A program made the position numbers and the translations under genes. A stretch of 64,000 bases of DNA from Octopus vulgaris. Taxonomy: Eukaryota. Positions 51,296 through 64,000 of this stretch are shown here, in pieces. Under the pieces are notes generated by a model. It made no database searches and was not told the origin of the DNA. It was given only the letters and a program-made list of their open reading frames with translations. Location of the stretch: contig OX597821.1 of assembly GCA_951406725.2 (NCBI GenBank), positions 39,432,001 through 39,496,000 of the forward strand. Reading direction: 5' to 3'. The stretch's first letter is position 1, and every line of letters starts with the position of its first letter.

Positions 51296-52190
51296 TCATC
51301 ATCATCATCATCATCATAGTTTAATGTCCACTTTCGATGCTAGCATGGGTTAGACAATTTGACTGAGGGCTGGCAAACTAGATGGCTGCATCAGGCTCCA
51401 ATCTTGATCTGGCAGAGTTTCTACAGCTGGATGCCCTTCCTAATGCCAACCACTCCGAGAGTGTAGTGGGTGCTTTTACATGCCACCGGCACAAGGCCAG
51501 TTCAACAGCACAGGCAACGACCTCGCTCAAATGTTTTTTCACGTACCACCAGCACAAGTGCCAGTAAGGCGACGCTGGTAATGATCACGCCCAAATGGTG
51601 TCTTTTATGTGCCACCAGCACGGAAGCCAGTTAGCTGCTCTGGCAACAATCACGCTCAGATGGTGCTCTTCACGCTCCACTAGCACAGATGTCACTCATC
51701 GAATTTGATTTCGTTTTCAATTTCACTTGCCTCAAGCAGTGTCCAATGAAGGAAAGGTACACATAAGTGGACTGGTTACACCCATGGTATAGGCCACGGG
51801 GTTATTGTCTCATTTGGCTTGCTGGGTCTTCTCAAGCACAGCATATTTCCAAAAGTCTTGGTCACTAGTCATTGCCTCTGTGAGGCCTAATGTTCGAAGG
51901 TCGTGCTTCACCACTTCATCCCAGGTCTTCCTGGGTCTACCTCTTCCACATGTTCCCTCAACTGCTAGGGTGTGGCACTTTTTCACACAGCTATCCTCAT
52001 CCATTCTCGCCCCATGACCATACCAGTGCAGTCGTCTCTCTTGCACACTACATCTGTTGCTTCTTAGGTCCAACTTTTCTCTCAAGGTACTTACATTCTG
52101 TCGAGTATGCACACTGACATAACTCATCCATCGGATCATACTGGATTTATTCCTTGCGAGGTTATGCATGTCCTCAGCAGTCACGGCTCA
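51296..52190 (-). pseudogene. 5'-truncated RTE (BovB-like) LINE: ORF C-terminus and 3' UTR
   Basis: QERRLHWYGHGARMDEDSCVKKCHTLAVEGTCGRGRPRKTWDEVVKHDL..DQDFW; (GAT)n tail. Confidence 0.92.
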
Positions 52191-52465
52191 CACTTTATCT
52201 TATTGACCCCAGAAGAATGAAAGGCTAAGCTGGACTTGGCAGGACTTGAACCCAGGATATAAATGGAAATCAATCCATCACTCTACTGACTTTGCCATGA
52301 AAATGCACGGCCTTGTGGTTAGGTTGTTCAGTTTATAATCATTAAGGCTGTGAGATAAATTCCTGAATCAGGTAGCATGTTGTGTTCTGGAGCATTTTAC
52401 ATTCTCCCCTCAAATATTACTAAAGTCACAGAAAACCATGAACACCACCACTTCAAATAGCTATA

Positions 52466-53530
52466 GTCTCAATGGTCCTGTGGGTAAAGACATACAGACA
52501 TAGCAACACATATACCCCTTGGACAAAGGATCAATCTTGGCCCATGGCCTATACTGATTGTGTTTTTTTTTCTTCCCCCTTTTAATACATCTCTAGAGAA
52601 AAATAAAACTAAATGAGATCATATCACTAATCCCTACCTGAGACTGAAACCTCAATCTACCTCACTGTCTTGTCTGTAAACCAAACACCCTAATCCACTA
52701 GGCTATAAAGCCAGTAATACTACTAATACAAAATAAGAGATATTTAAATCTATTCTAACGACTGGTTGTTGATTAAATTAGTCTGATAGGTTTAAATATA
52801 TTATTTTCACACTAGTTATTGCTGTTGTCTCAATGGTCTTGTGGGTAAAGGCATGGATACAGCAACACACAGGCCACTTTAACAAAGGTTCAATCTTGGC
52901 CTTAGGTTTCCCCCCCCCCCCTCTTCTCCATTTACAGAAAAAAATAAAACTAAATATCACATCACAATCCCTACGTGAGACTGAAACCTCCATCTACCCT
53001 ACTGTCTTGTTTGTGACCAAACACCCTTATCCACTAGGCCATAAAGCCAGTAATACTACTTATATATAATTTGAGATATTTAGATCTATTTTAATGACTG
53101 GTTGTTGATCACATTAGTCTGATGGGTTTAAATATATTATTTTCACACTAGTTATTGCTGTTGACTCAATGATCTTGTGGGTAAAGACATGGGTACAGCA
53201 ACACACAGGCCTCTTTTACAAAGAGCCTCAGGCCAAGATTGAACCTTTGTTAAAGTTTTTTTTCCCCCTCTTTTCCATTTACAGAAAAAATAAAACTAAG
53301 TATCACATCACAATCCCTACCTGAGACTGAAACCTCCATCTACCCCACTGTCTTGTTTGTAACCAACACCCCCTTATCCACAAGGCCAGTAATACTACTT
53401 ATACACGATAAGAGATATTTAACTCTAGTCTAATGATTGGTTATTGATTACATTAGTCTTGTGGGTGGAGACAATAGCAAGCAATATAGAAGCATCCTGA
53501 TACAGAGTTCAATCTTGTCCCTGGGCATGA
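52466..53530. repeat. Tandem array of ~340-360-bp units (three plus a partial) containing tRNA-like modules
   Basis: Unit starts at 52466, 52827, 53163 and ~53456; shared ccctacctgagactgaaacctc and gccagtaatactac blocks. Confidence 0.85.
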
Positions 53531-53863
53531 ACTGAAGGATTTTTTTTTCTTGCAGTTGTTTGAGTGGGGCTGACCTGGGGCACCTTCTTGAAGGTTTTGA
53601 TTAAATAAATCGATCCCGGTAACTAATTTTTTTCCAAGGCAGGTCCTTATTCTATCCATCTCTTTCACTGAACCATTAAATCCAAGTAAAAATTATCCAC
53701 CCCACTTTGTTTTCCCCTCCTATCTAACCAGATAGAAAACATGTAAATATTAAAACTCTTTTATAATACTTGGCAGAGATTGAAACCCTCCACCTCAACA
53801 TATGCCTCTGCTTATAAAGCACCTTTACTCACAAAGCTACCAAAGAAACAACTATACCTATTT

Positions 53864-54086
53864 TTAACCCTTTCATTACTGTATTTAAGTTGAGATGCTC
53901 TGTGTTTCTTTCAATTACTTTAAATATAACAAAGAATTTAGTAAAATAACTTAGTTATCATTCAGCTAGTGTTAGGAACATAAATTGTGACTAAGGTTTG
54001 GTGGAAGATTTTAATTCAAAACTTATGAAAACAAGACATTTGTACTACAGAGCCAGTTTCAGCTGGGTTGGTAACGAAAGGGTTAG
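53864..54086. mobile_element. piggyBac-like MITE, second family
   Basis: TTAA-CCCTTTCATTAC ... GTAACGAAAGGG-TTAG. Confidence 0.75.
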
Positions 54087-54469
54087 AAAATGTGATATTT
54101 AAATATAATTTCATCCTTCACTTCATAGCTGCATTCATTATAAAGATGCTCAATCTGCTACGAATAGCAGCTAAGGCTCGCTTACATCACCTGTAACTGG
54201 TCTTCAGAAAAAAACAAAGAACACCTCAGAGACATGGATCTAAAAGGCATGTACAACAGATTATTTTGATAACATTTCACTTTAAAATATTTTGTTTTAA
54301 CTTTAAATGAGAAATGTTGCAGTAAAAGTAATTATATATTTCATTGTCTGAGCTTAATGATCCATTGATTGTTAAATGGCAGAGGAACTGACTCAACTTT
54401 TTAGTGTCCATAATCTTTGAAACTTTTACCAAACAGGTAAGATTGATACAGTTGATGTTTAGCTGGAAT

Positions 54470-56100
54470 ATCTGTAGGTTGGGGGCCAGTTTGAAAAATC
54501 TGAGAAGTGAATGAATTCCAGATGGCCTTTGTTGTGTGGGGAGGGGATTGGGAGAAGTGTTTAAGATAGAGTGTCTGGGGTGTTGGGAGAAAGAAGGACT
54601 GATGATCAAGTTGGGCAGTTTGTAGAGGGTATAAGGTTCAGTAGTGCAGAGGCTACTGCAGTAGTGGTACAAGAGACAAAAAGAAGAAACAGCACATCCA
54701 TGAGCTACAAGTATGGTCATAAATGTTTCATTAACAAAGTTTAATAAGTTTCTTTTGAAATTAGTCCACAATATTAGGGTGCATAGTACTCCAACAGACC
54801 TCTTTCCTAAACTTTCTTGAAGACTGTCATCTACTTAGAAAGGAAGTGTTTCTTTTCTTTAAAGAGAGCCTGGATTTTGTGATACAGTTTGGTCAATGTT
54901 GAATAGGTGGGAGTCACTATAAGAGATCATCAGAAATTTTGAAGCTGGCTCAAGGTTTGTAGCAAGTTTACAGGCTATACTTGTGTACAGTTCTTGGCAA
55001 CTGAGTCTGAGGAATAAGACTATCACTTTGCGATATCTGTACTGAGTCTTTGCTACTCATATCCTCAGTAAATGATAATCTCAAGTCAGTCTTATTTATG
55101 GATTCAGTATATGTCTAGAAAGAGCTATTTATGCTTGATGTGTGTATGGAGATATTCATCATCATCTGTAGGAATGGGTGTCGTCAGATGTGACAGTGAG
55201 TCAGTTGTGAATGTACAGAAGAGTGAGTGTCTGAGACATTACTGAATCGTGAAGGTATCTGGGAGTTAATGTGGGTCAGTTAGAGTTTGTTGTAGTTTGA
55301 CAAGAACCTTCTGGTAGGTAGGTAACTTAGCTTGGATATGTTCAATGTTAAATGATTTTCTAATGTCAAGCCCAACATTGCTTTAAATTGACTTTCTGAA
55401 AACTGAGAGACCAATGGTGAATACCATAGAAGAGTAAGTGTTCTGTATATGTGTTTAAAAGCAAACTGCATTTAGGGTCACTAACGACAAGAGACTGGAT
55501 GGAGTGATTGGTGACAACTGTTTAAATGACCTTTGAGTGCATTACATCAGAGGTTTTCTCAGTTAGAGTGACTGGTCTTTTATTTTAGAGAATGAGACTC
55601 AGTAAACCAATTTCAGAGATTGGAATAAATTCTTCCAGAGTGATATGGAACCATTTAGCAGTGATACCTGGATGGAATTGCTGTAGACAAAGAAAAACAT
55701 CATCAGATCAGTTGGTTTGTTGAATTCATGCGACCAGAGGAGTGTTTACTCTTGAGTGAGCGAGTGTATTCATGAGTGAAATGGGGTGCAAGGGAATGGA
55801 ATGCTTTGTTAAGCATGTGTTGTGTGGAATTGGGGTGTATGGGGTGGAATTGGACAGCAAATGTGGAGACTGTTTCAAAGAGTGTGATACTGGCTAAGCC
55901 AAATTAGTCCAGCTGTGGTGGCTGGAAAAAGTGGAAGAGATTTTATGCAGTTTAGAAGAACATTCACAGGTTGTATGATGCACAAACACATCTGCTTTTT
56001 CGGCGATTATCTTTGTAGGTGTTGCAGTGATAGAAAAACTTCTTTGATTTGTTGATGGTGATGAACCTTATTTAGGTATTGTAGGTGTGAGTAGTTGTCT
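54470..56100 (-). pseudogene. Heavily decayed retroelement, possibly Penelope-like
   Basis: Composition shift; weak peptides LPTQQRPSGIHS (cf. LxTxxPxGxN), CAVSSFCLLYHYCSSLC and SSINSSFLDIY. Confidence 0.35.
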
Positions 56101-56967
56101 TTTTTTGCAGTGTTGAAGCACAGCTAATGGTAAACTACTTGGGGATTTACAGGTTATATGTTTTAGTTACATGAAAAGAAATGAGATGTATACGTGCCTA
56201 GAGGGGTGGTTTTCCTTATCTGCTTAACCATCTCGGACGAGTTCAGGATGAAACTCATTTGTTGCAGGTTTAATAGTATAAAACTAGGGCTGCTGCTACT
56301 GTTCAGCTCACTTGAAATAAAGAGTGCAGTGTAGCATTGTGGAGTGTTGACACTAGCAAGAAATGAGCAAACACATATGAAAATTCATTATTTATAATAC
56401 CATCATTATCATCATCATTTAACGTCTGCTTTCCATGCTAGCATGGGTTACTATCTTATCAAAACCAGCAGGCACATTCATACACACACCTACATAAACA
56501 ATGGAAAAACTGTACTTGGTACTATCTTGAAGCTAGAGAGAATTCAGTCCAGATTAACTGGAGACTTATAGAATAAGAATTTATTACAGTCTTTGGAATA
56601 CCTCAATACCTTTCAGGGACCAAATATTTTCTCACTTACTGATCTGTGGTTGAACCATGAATGCACTCAAATTAAAATCAGAAACAGCTGTAAGTGCATA
56701 ATAAATAAATAAATGCATATGACCCCCATTATATATGTCTGTTTATGTATCACTCTGTAAAAACATATCATATAAACTGGATACTGGAACCATGGATTTA
56801 CAGATTTGACTGGTAATGGACTTTGATCTGGATTACCAGGAGTACAAGACAGATCACCAGAGAGTTTTGTTTGCTAGGAGTTATATTATCTGTGGAGTGC
56901 TTAAGTATTTTGCCTTATTAATCCCTTTTTGTTTTAATATATATACACACAAATATGCATGTATGTA

Positions 56968-57011
<44 letters not shown>

Positions 57012-57646
57012 CACACACACACACACACACACATATATGGTGTGTGTATGTGTGGTTAAAAGAATGATAAAAGTTGGACGTGGAGTATAGAAACACATGA
57101 AAGATGTCTGACATATTAGATACTAAAAACAAACCACATACTACTAAGATTTTCTTTTCCTTTTTCGCTGTTTCTTAAATATTAAGCTCCAAATTAAATA
57201 ACTTAATATACTCACAAACACTTCAGAGTAGAAATAGTTCTGAAACCCAACATTTTAATTCAGACTAGATCTATTTTACTTAAATTATATTTTCCAGTAT
57301 TCTTTGAAAAAAAGCGTGAAGACCGCAGTATATTTCTTTTTCTAGTAATTATAGTTAATCAACCAGTGATTGCTATAACTGATTACAAAATAGTCAATTT
57401 AAAACTCCAGACATTCCAGGCTCTGCTGTATTTCCCATGTGTCTGCAAAATAACTTACCAGTGTTTTTAAAACAAAATTGACTTTTTACCCCAACAACGG
57501 AAATGGTTATTACATTTCAGACAGCCTTATAACGAATTACACTCTTTAACAAAAATATTGTTTGCTTACAACATTACTTATAATCCTTGCTCCGTCTACA
57601 TGTATCAAATCCATTTACATACTAAATACAATAATGTATTTTTTTT

Positions 57647-58030
57647 CTTTTATTTGTTTCAGTCATTTGACTGCAGCCATACTGGAGCACCACCTTTAGT
57701 TGAACAAATTGGCCCCAGGACTTATTCTTTGTAAGTCTAGTACTTATTCTATTGGTCTCTTTTGCTGAACCACTAAGTTACGGGGACATAAACACACCAG
57801 CATCGGTTGTCAAGTGATGGAGGGGACAGAAACAGAAACATACATACATATATATATAATTATATATACGACGGGCTTCTTTCAGTTTCTGTCTACCAAA
57901 TTCATTCATAAGACTTTAGTCGGCCTGAAGCTATAGCAGAAGACACTTGCCCATAGTGCCACGCACGGGACTGAACATGGAACCATGTGATTGGTAAGCA
58001 ATGTACTTACTACACAGCCACTCCTGCGCC
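57647..58030 (-). mobile_element. tRNA-derived SINE family A
   Basis: Full copy, moderately diverged. Confidence 0.88.
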
Positions 58031-58442
58031 TAACATTTTTTTTTAGTTTGAAAAGCACAATAAGCAACCAATTGCAAAATAAACGGAGCTGAGCCCAATT
58101 GTTTGCTGTTAAACATAATTATTTATTGTTCTAATTGCTACAAAAATATAGATAAGATGAAAACCAGAGGGACAAGATTTTCTGGCAGTATCTTAATTTA
58201 TAGAACCAACAACAAGCACAACCATGATAGAACAAGAAATAGGTTCCTAACATGGTAGGTCCATTACCTTTTCAATTCTTCTTCACTTATGCTGCTAATA
58301 TCTTCGTCAGGTACTTTATCAACCCGGGAGGGATGAAAATCAAAGCTGCCCTTGGTAGGATTTGAACTCAGAACATGAAGAGCTGGTAAACATACCAGTA
58401 GCATTTTTTTCTGGTGCTATAATGATTGTCAGCTTGTTGCTT

Positions 58443-58721
58443 ATGATCTGATCAATGGAACAGCCTGCTCATGAAATGAATGTGCAAGTGGTTGAGTACT
58501 CCACAGACATGCGTACCCTTAATGTAGTTCTCAGAGAGATTCAGCATGACACAGAATGTGACAAGGCTGGCCCTTCAAAATGCATTTTTGTCCGCTGAGC
58601 TCACTGGTGCAACATGAAATAAAGTGTCTTGATCAAGGAAACAGTGCACTGTTGGGAATTGAACTCACAGCCTTACACTCATGAGTTGAATGCTCCCAAC
58701 CACTAAGCTATGCACCTTCAC
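58443..58721 (-). mobile_element. tRNA-derived SINE family C
   Basis: Matches 23972..24262. Confidence 0.75.
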
Positions 58722-59127
58722 ACCAACAAAGATAATAATAATAATAGTAATGGTTTCAAATTTTGGCACAGAGGTAGCAGTTTTTGAGGGGAGGGGCAAG
58801 TCAATAACATTGACCCAGCAGTGGACTGGGACTTATTTCATAGGCCTTGAAAGGGTGAAAAGTAAAGCTGGCCTTAGTGGGATTTGAACTCCATAACATT
58901 ACAATACTATAATGGTTTCAATTTTAGGAGGTGGTGGGGTCAACTACCTTAGCTGCAGTACTCAACTGCTAAAGAATTTTATTGATCATGAGAAGATGAA
59001 AGGCAAAAATCAATCTTGGCTTTATTTGAATTTAGAACGCAGAGGACCTTAAGAAATGCTACAAAGTATGGGAAGGGGAAGGCTGATGGTTCTGCCAGCT
59101 CATCACTATAATAATAATAATGATAAT

Positions 59128-59556
59128 AATGCAAAGATCCTATGGGATTTTATGATTCAGTGCGACCATGAGATTGAGAATAGGAAGCCAGGTATAGTCT
59201 TACTTGAGAAAGAAAACAAACTATGCTGGATCATAGATATAGCATGCCCAGCTGACAAGGTATGTGATAAGGAAGAAAGAAAAGTCGATAGATATGACAG
59301 GTTAGCTTGGGAGGTTAAGCAGTTGTGGTTGATGAAAAATGGTGGTAGAAGTACCAATAATTGTCAGAGCCCTAGTAATAGTGAGCAAAAATCTTGAGAA
59401 GTACGAGGAACAAATAGGGGCTGCAATAAGGGTGGAGCACTTGCAGAAAACAGCACTGCTTGGAACCGCTCGAAAAATAGGGGGTGTTACCTAAGTTCAC
59501 TGGTAGTGAACAGCTGACACTGAAGTACATCTTCAGCATTAGAAGCTGTGCAAAGG
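59128..59556 (+). pseudogene. 5'-truncated R4/Dong-clade RLE retrotransposon in (TAA)n
   Basis: KILWDFMIQCDHEIENRKPGIVLLEK..CWIIDIACPAD..KEERKVDRYDRLAWEVKQLW and HLQKTALLGTAR; TAA repeats on both sides. Confidence 0.85.
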
Positions 59557-59805
59557 TAATAATAATCCTTTCTTCTATAGGCACAAGGCCTGAAATTTGG
59601 GTGAGCAGGTAAGTTGATCACATTGACCCCAGTACTCAATTGATACTTAATTTATTGCCCCACCCCACCCCACCCCACCCCAAAAGGATAAAACGCAAAG
59701 TCGACCTTGGCAGAATTTGAACTCAGACCATAAAGATAGATGAAATGCTGTTAAGCATTTTGCCTGTGCATGGTAAGGATTCTGGCAGTTTGCCACCTTA
59801 ATAAT

Positions 59806-59841
<36 letters not shown>

Positions 59842-59869
59842 TAATAATGATGATGATGATGATATGTTA

Positions 59870-60900
59870 TGAAGATTGATGTAACTCTTCAGGAAGGTAA
59901 ATAAACAATAAGAAGAGTGTGATGCGATTTGTAATAAATTGTTTATTTAATGGTTTGAATGATATTTTGACAGATCATCTCTCTTCTTCAGGTTCAAAAT
60001 GCAAAATGAAAATAAGCGCAGAAGAACAAAAATTCAAAATATAAACAAGAAAATCTTGCATTCCTATTTTGATGGAATGACATCATCAGTTTTCAATTTT
60101 GTAACTGATAAAAGGAAGGAAAAAGAAAAAATTGAAAGAAAGAATATTTTGTTGAACGGTTTTTTGTAAATGTGATGAAATTCACCTGTCATTTTATTTA
60201 TTCCTCCAGGGCTTGATGTACACAAATATATTTGTCCTCATGCATTTTGAGGTCTGAAAGTGTAATAGTCAGAATAGTTTCTGAGAATATGTACTTTCAA
60301 GTCTTTTTTCAAAATTGTAGTTGTTTGATGCAAAATGTTCAACATGTTCTGCCAAACTACTATTATTGTGCCTGATGTCATATCTGTAGCCATTGAATCT
60401 TTTGTTTAATTGTTCTGTTGTACAACCAACATAAATCAAGTTGTGTTTCATGCATTCTGCCATGTACACCAAATGGGAATCTCTACACATAAAACCTTCC
60501 GTATAGATCATAACATTCCTATTATGATTCCTCATGGAATTGACTTGACTCATGTTGTTGCACAATGAACAGAGTTTGCCTCTCTTGCAGTTGTTTTTCA
60601 AGGTGCAGCACTCAGAAACTGCAGTGGTAGTTTTCTTGGAGTTAGAGGTAGCGGTTAATATTTGTCTTACATTTTTATCCCATCTAAAGTCTTCAATAGG
60701 CAGTTGAAGGAATATTTATTTGAAATGAGGATATTTTTCTACAACATGCTGGTATCTTTCATGCAACTCTTTTGAATTGCCAGTGAAATTTCTGTGCAAG
60801 TTAATCACCAAAAGAAATTCTATCACAAATTTTACTTTGGTTGCTAAAATTATGTGTAGGAGTTTGACTTTCCTCGTTAATTTTAGCTATGACATTTGTG
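59870..60900 (-). pseudogene. Penelope-like element remnant (GIY-YIG endonuclease plus pLTR with degenerate hammerhead)
   Basis: CSLC..FMCRDSHLVYMAECMKHNLIYVGCTTEQLNKRFNGYRYDI..LAEH..HF; minus-strand CUGAAGA..AAAAUAUC at 59954..59998. Confidence 0.8.
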
Positions 60901-61040
60901 ATTTTCCTTTAATCATGATTCACAGTGACCACATTTGACATAATAGCGTACAAAAGCATTTGCTTATTTCCAGTAATCCCCTATATCAGTATGATTTTGC
61001 AAGCTTGCCACAGCAACAACAACAACAATAATAATAATAA

Positions 61041-61175
61041 TATGCCATGGCCAGAATAATTAGGTAAGTATTAGATAGCTGAAAAGAACGGATAGCATAG
61101 TACCATAGGTTGCAGGTAGCAAGCCTGCTATGCATGCAAACTCCAGGAGCTCCAACAAAAACTATGATAACGAAA
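61041..61175 (+). mobile_element. Very short 3' end of an R4/Dong-like element in (TAA)n
   Basis: ARIIR*VLDS*-like C-terminus and UTR between AAT repeats. Confidence 0.5.
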
Positions 61176-61184
61176 AATAATAAT

Positions 61185-62460
61185 GATTTCTTTTATTGAC
61201 CATAAACGCCCAAAACAGGGAGGACAATATTGAAAGACAAGTTACAGCACAAAAAGATTACAAAAACAAAAACATGTGGGGAGTCCACTTTGGGCAATCC
61301 AGAATAAACCTCACACAAAAATCCTGGATTACTCTGCCATCTCCAAAGCATGGGAAAGTACCCTCTTCCAGTTTCTTTCCTCCTGCTTAGAAAAGCATAT
61401 TCAGTCTTGCTACTGTCGACCACCTTTTGATAAATGCACTGGAAAGCAGCACCTCACTCTCTACCCTCACCTTCCTCTTCAAATGATATTTGAGGAAACT
61501 GATGAGGGCTTGACCAGGTAGGAATGCGCCTGTCTTCAAACCTTTCAGGCAGGTTCACCACACAGCCTTTTTACCACAGCCACTCAGCAGAGAAAGATCA
61601 GCCTTCCTTCTCTGCTAAGAGAAGGTAGTGCGTTGATCTTCACTATACACTCAGCAGACAGCTGCATTCATCTTACATGCAACAACAGCTGCTCCACAAC
61701 TCTCTAATGCACAGACACTGAATTAGTGCATGCAGGATGGTTTCGTCCCCAGCAAGCATCTCAGGCAGGTTTGACTGTTGGCACTTCCATGCCTGAAGAG
61801 TTTGTCTTGAACAGGCAATGCCTCTCTGTAGCACTGCCCAAGACAAAAACTTTTGGAAATTATCTATGATCCTCAACCAGAAGGTCTTCTGGAAGAGACT
61901 ACTCAGACTGCTCTTGTCGATTCAATCCTAGGCCATCATCGCTTATACCCTCGACTGGCCCTCTATAAAAATGTTGGGTTGTTTTCCTGCTAACAGTTTT
62001 GGGCAGCTGGTACAATGCAGTGAGCACCTGGCATCATTCTAGATGCCAACATTTGACCCATGACTGCAGCTGTCAGTAAGATGTGTTGCATGAAAGACGC
62101 CCACACCAGTTCACCCTTATTTTCATCATTGTCATCGTCTACATCATGTGCTTCTTCTAAGTTACTGACTAGTTTATTTTCAATTCTGTTATTTTCTAAA
62201 GCAATCTCTTTGCTAAAACTGACACCCTGCAGATTTTCCTTTTTAAGAAACCCTACCACTTGTTGTTGATGATGGCTCCTGTTTAATCTACTAATCTGGA
62301 TCCTGAAATCTTTTTGCGATGGGAAAGAAGCATTCATCTTCCAGTAGCTAAGCCCTAGTCTGATTGTTTTCCATAAGTTGGCTGTAAAGAGACTGAGATT
62401 GCTCCAATCTGGCCAGCCCTAAGGAAAAACTAAGCTAAGAGCATTAGATTCCTTGGAAGA
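61185..62460 (-). pseudogene. L1/Tx1-clade LINE remnant
   Basis: GLSYWKMNASF..F.IQI linker motif; DNFQKFLSW..ETILHALIQC CCHC region; 3' tail aataaaagaaatc. Confidence 0.75.
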
Positions 62461-62835
62461 AAGCAGCGAATGTATACAAAAACAAGGATGGAAAAACACA
62501 GTCAATGTTACACAAATACAAATACAATAAAAATAATAACAGGACATAACAACAGGTGTCTTTCGACAAAGGACGGATTGAATTAAGCTGGCGTGTGTGG
62601 AAATGAAGCCTTATGGTAGAGATACGAGATTTCACAAACACAAGGAAGAATATTGATATTGCACAGACAACGGCCAGACCAAGAAAGAAAGAACAGGCTT
62701 GACCGAACGCCGGTCACGTGGGAAGAGAAGAGAGAGAAGTAGAGGGACAGAAGAATTAAGGAGTGACAAGAAAATGACGGACACAGTGAAGTGAAAAGTG
62801 GAGGGAAAGTGAGCAAGAAGAGAAGGCAAAGAAAT

Positions 62836-62879
<44 letters not shown>

Positions 62880-64000
62880 CCCACACACACATATATATGG
62901 GTGGTGCACCTGTGTGTGTGTGCGTGCCAAACTGTCAAGTGGCTCTCTCTAAATACATCTATATATACACTCTACGCACTACCTAAAAATTGAAATCCAC
63001 TGTAACTCCCAGAGTGACAAATTGTTTTGAAGTGAGTGTATGTATTAGAATTCATAGAAATGTCACTTCTATCAAAAGAGGTTGGTGAAATGCTGCTGAA
63101 ACACTGCACTCAAAATAATCTGTTTGAATTCAAGAAGAGAACTTATGAAATTCTCCAGTTTCATCTCAATAAAGACAGAATTATGTTATTTAGTTGTTTA
63201 ATATATATATATATATTTGTTTATTTCACTTTGGATTTAAATAACAGCAACAAGAAAGAGAGAATTAGCCCATAGCAGTTGGAGTTCTTTGCCTTGCCAC
63301 TAACCTTTATATAGATTTAACTTGAATAATATTGCTAGACAATAGAGAACGGTTATTTTTTAACAGTTTCATAGCTGTAAACAGGCTGTAGTTTCACTCT
63401 AAATGGAAGGACAGACTGGCAGGAGGTAAAGTTCTCTTAGTCAGATTTTTATTGAGAGATTCGGAGTGAGAGGAGAGTGTGTGGTGAGGAGAACCACAAG
63501 GGAATCACATTAAATGAGAAAAGTGAGGGAGAAACAATATACAACTCCTCTGTGTGTGTGTATGTGTGTGTTGGACTTAAGTATGCTTACTCATATATAT
63601 ATGAAAAGCATATATTCATAAATGTTTGCGGACACATACGTTTCCAATATGTATAATTGCATATATCTTTATATATTGGTGCTTGCATATATATGCATAA
63701 TTTAAAGTACTCGCTCCCTCATACCCCACACACTTGTTTTGTGTGTGTGGGGTGTGTGCGTGTGGCATCTGTACATTAACTCTCATATGTATACATCTAT
63801 TCATATATAGAAATATGCATATGTCTGTGTTTGTGCATGTGATATCTGTTTATAGATATTCACATACATGCATCTATGCACATATATATATATGCATGTG
63901 TGCATGTATGTGTATGCAATCAAGTGCATGGGTGTGTGTGTGCATGTTTATATGTGTATCAATGTACAAATACAATTATGCAGGCCTTCATAAACTAACA

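Noticed and set aside
56241-56268. Plus-strand hammerhead-like CGGACGAG..GAAAC
   Set aside because: Core and stems too degenerate to support

Overview
AT-rich, microsatellite-laden, transposon-saturated animal genomic DNA. The repeat complement suggests a cephalopod, probably Octopus (inference from recalled repeat families, not a database hit). I can support no host protein-coding exon, and nearly all ORF-track hits are microsatellite or antisense artefacts. The one real long ORF (28796..32071, +, 1091 aa) belongs to an apparently intact full-length restriction-like-endonuclease (RLE) non-LTR retrotransposon of HERO type (Zn finger, RT with FMDD, CCHC, PD..ExT endonuclease). It sits inside a palindromic foldback element, and a 5'-truncated decayed copy lies at 13063..13771. 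The most notable observation is in its 3' UTR: all three conserved hammerhead-ribozyme core strands (GUC, GAAA, CUGAUGA) and stems I, II and III are present, but in a non-canonical, doubly pseudoknotted order. Its 5' UTR carries three covarying hairpins with an invariant GAAAGA loop. The window also holds several tRNA-derived SINE families (one with a Penelope-type hammerhead), RTE, R4/Dong, L1/Tx1 and Penelope remnants, a mariner pseudogene, non-autonomous Helitrons, piggyBac- and hAT-like MITEs, long inverted repeats and a tandem array of tRNA-like units.
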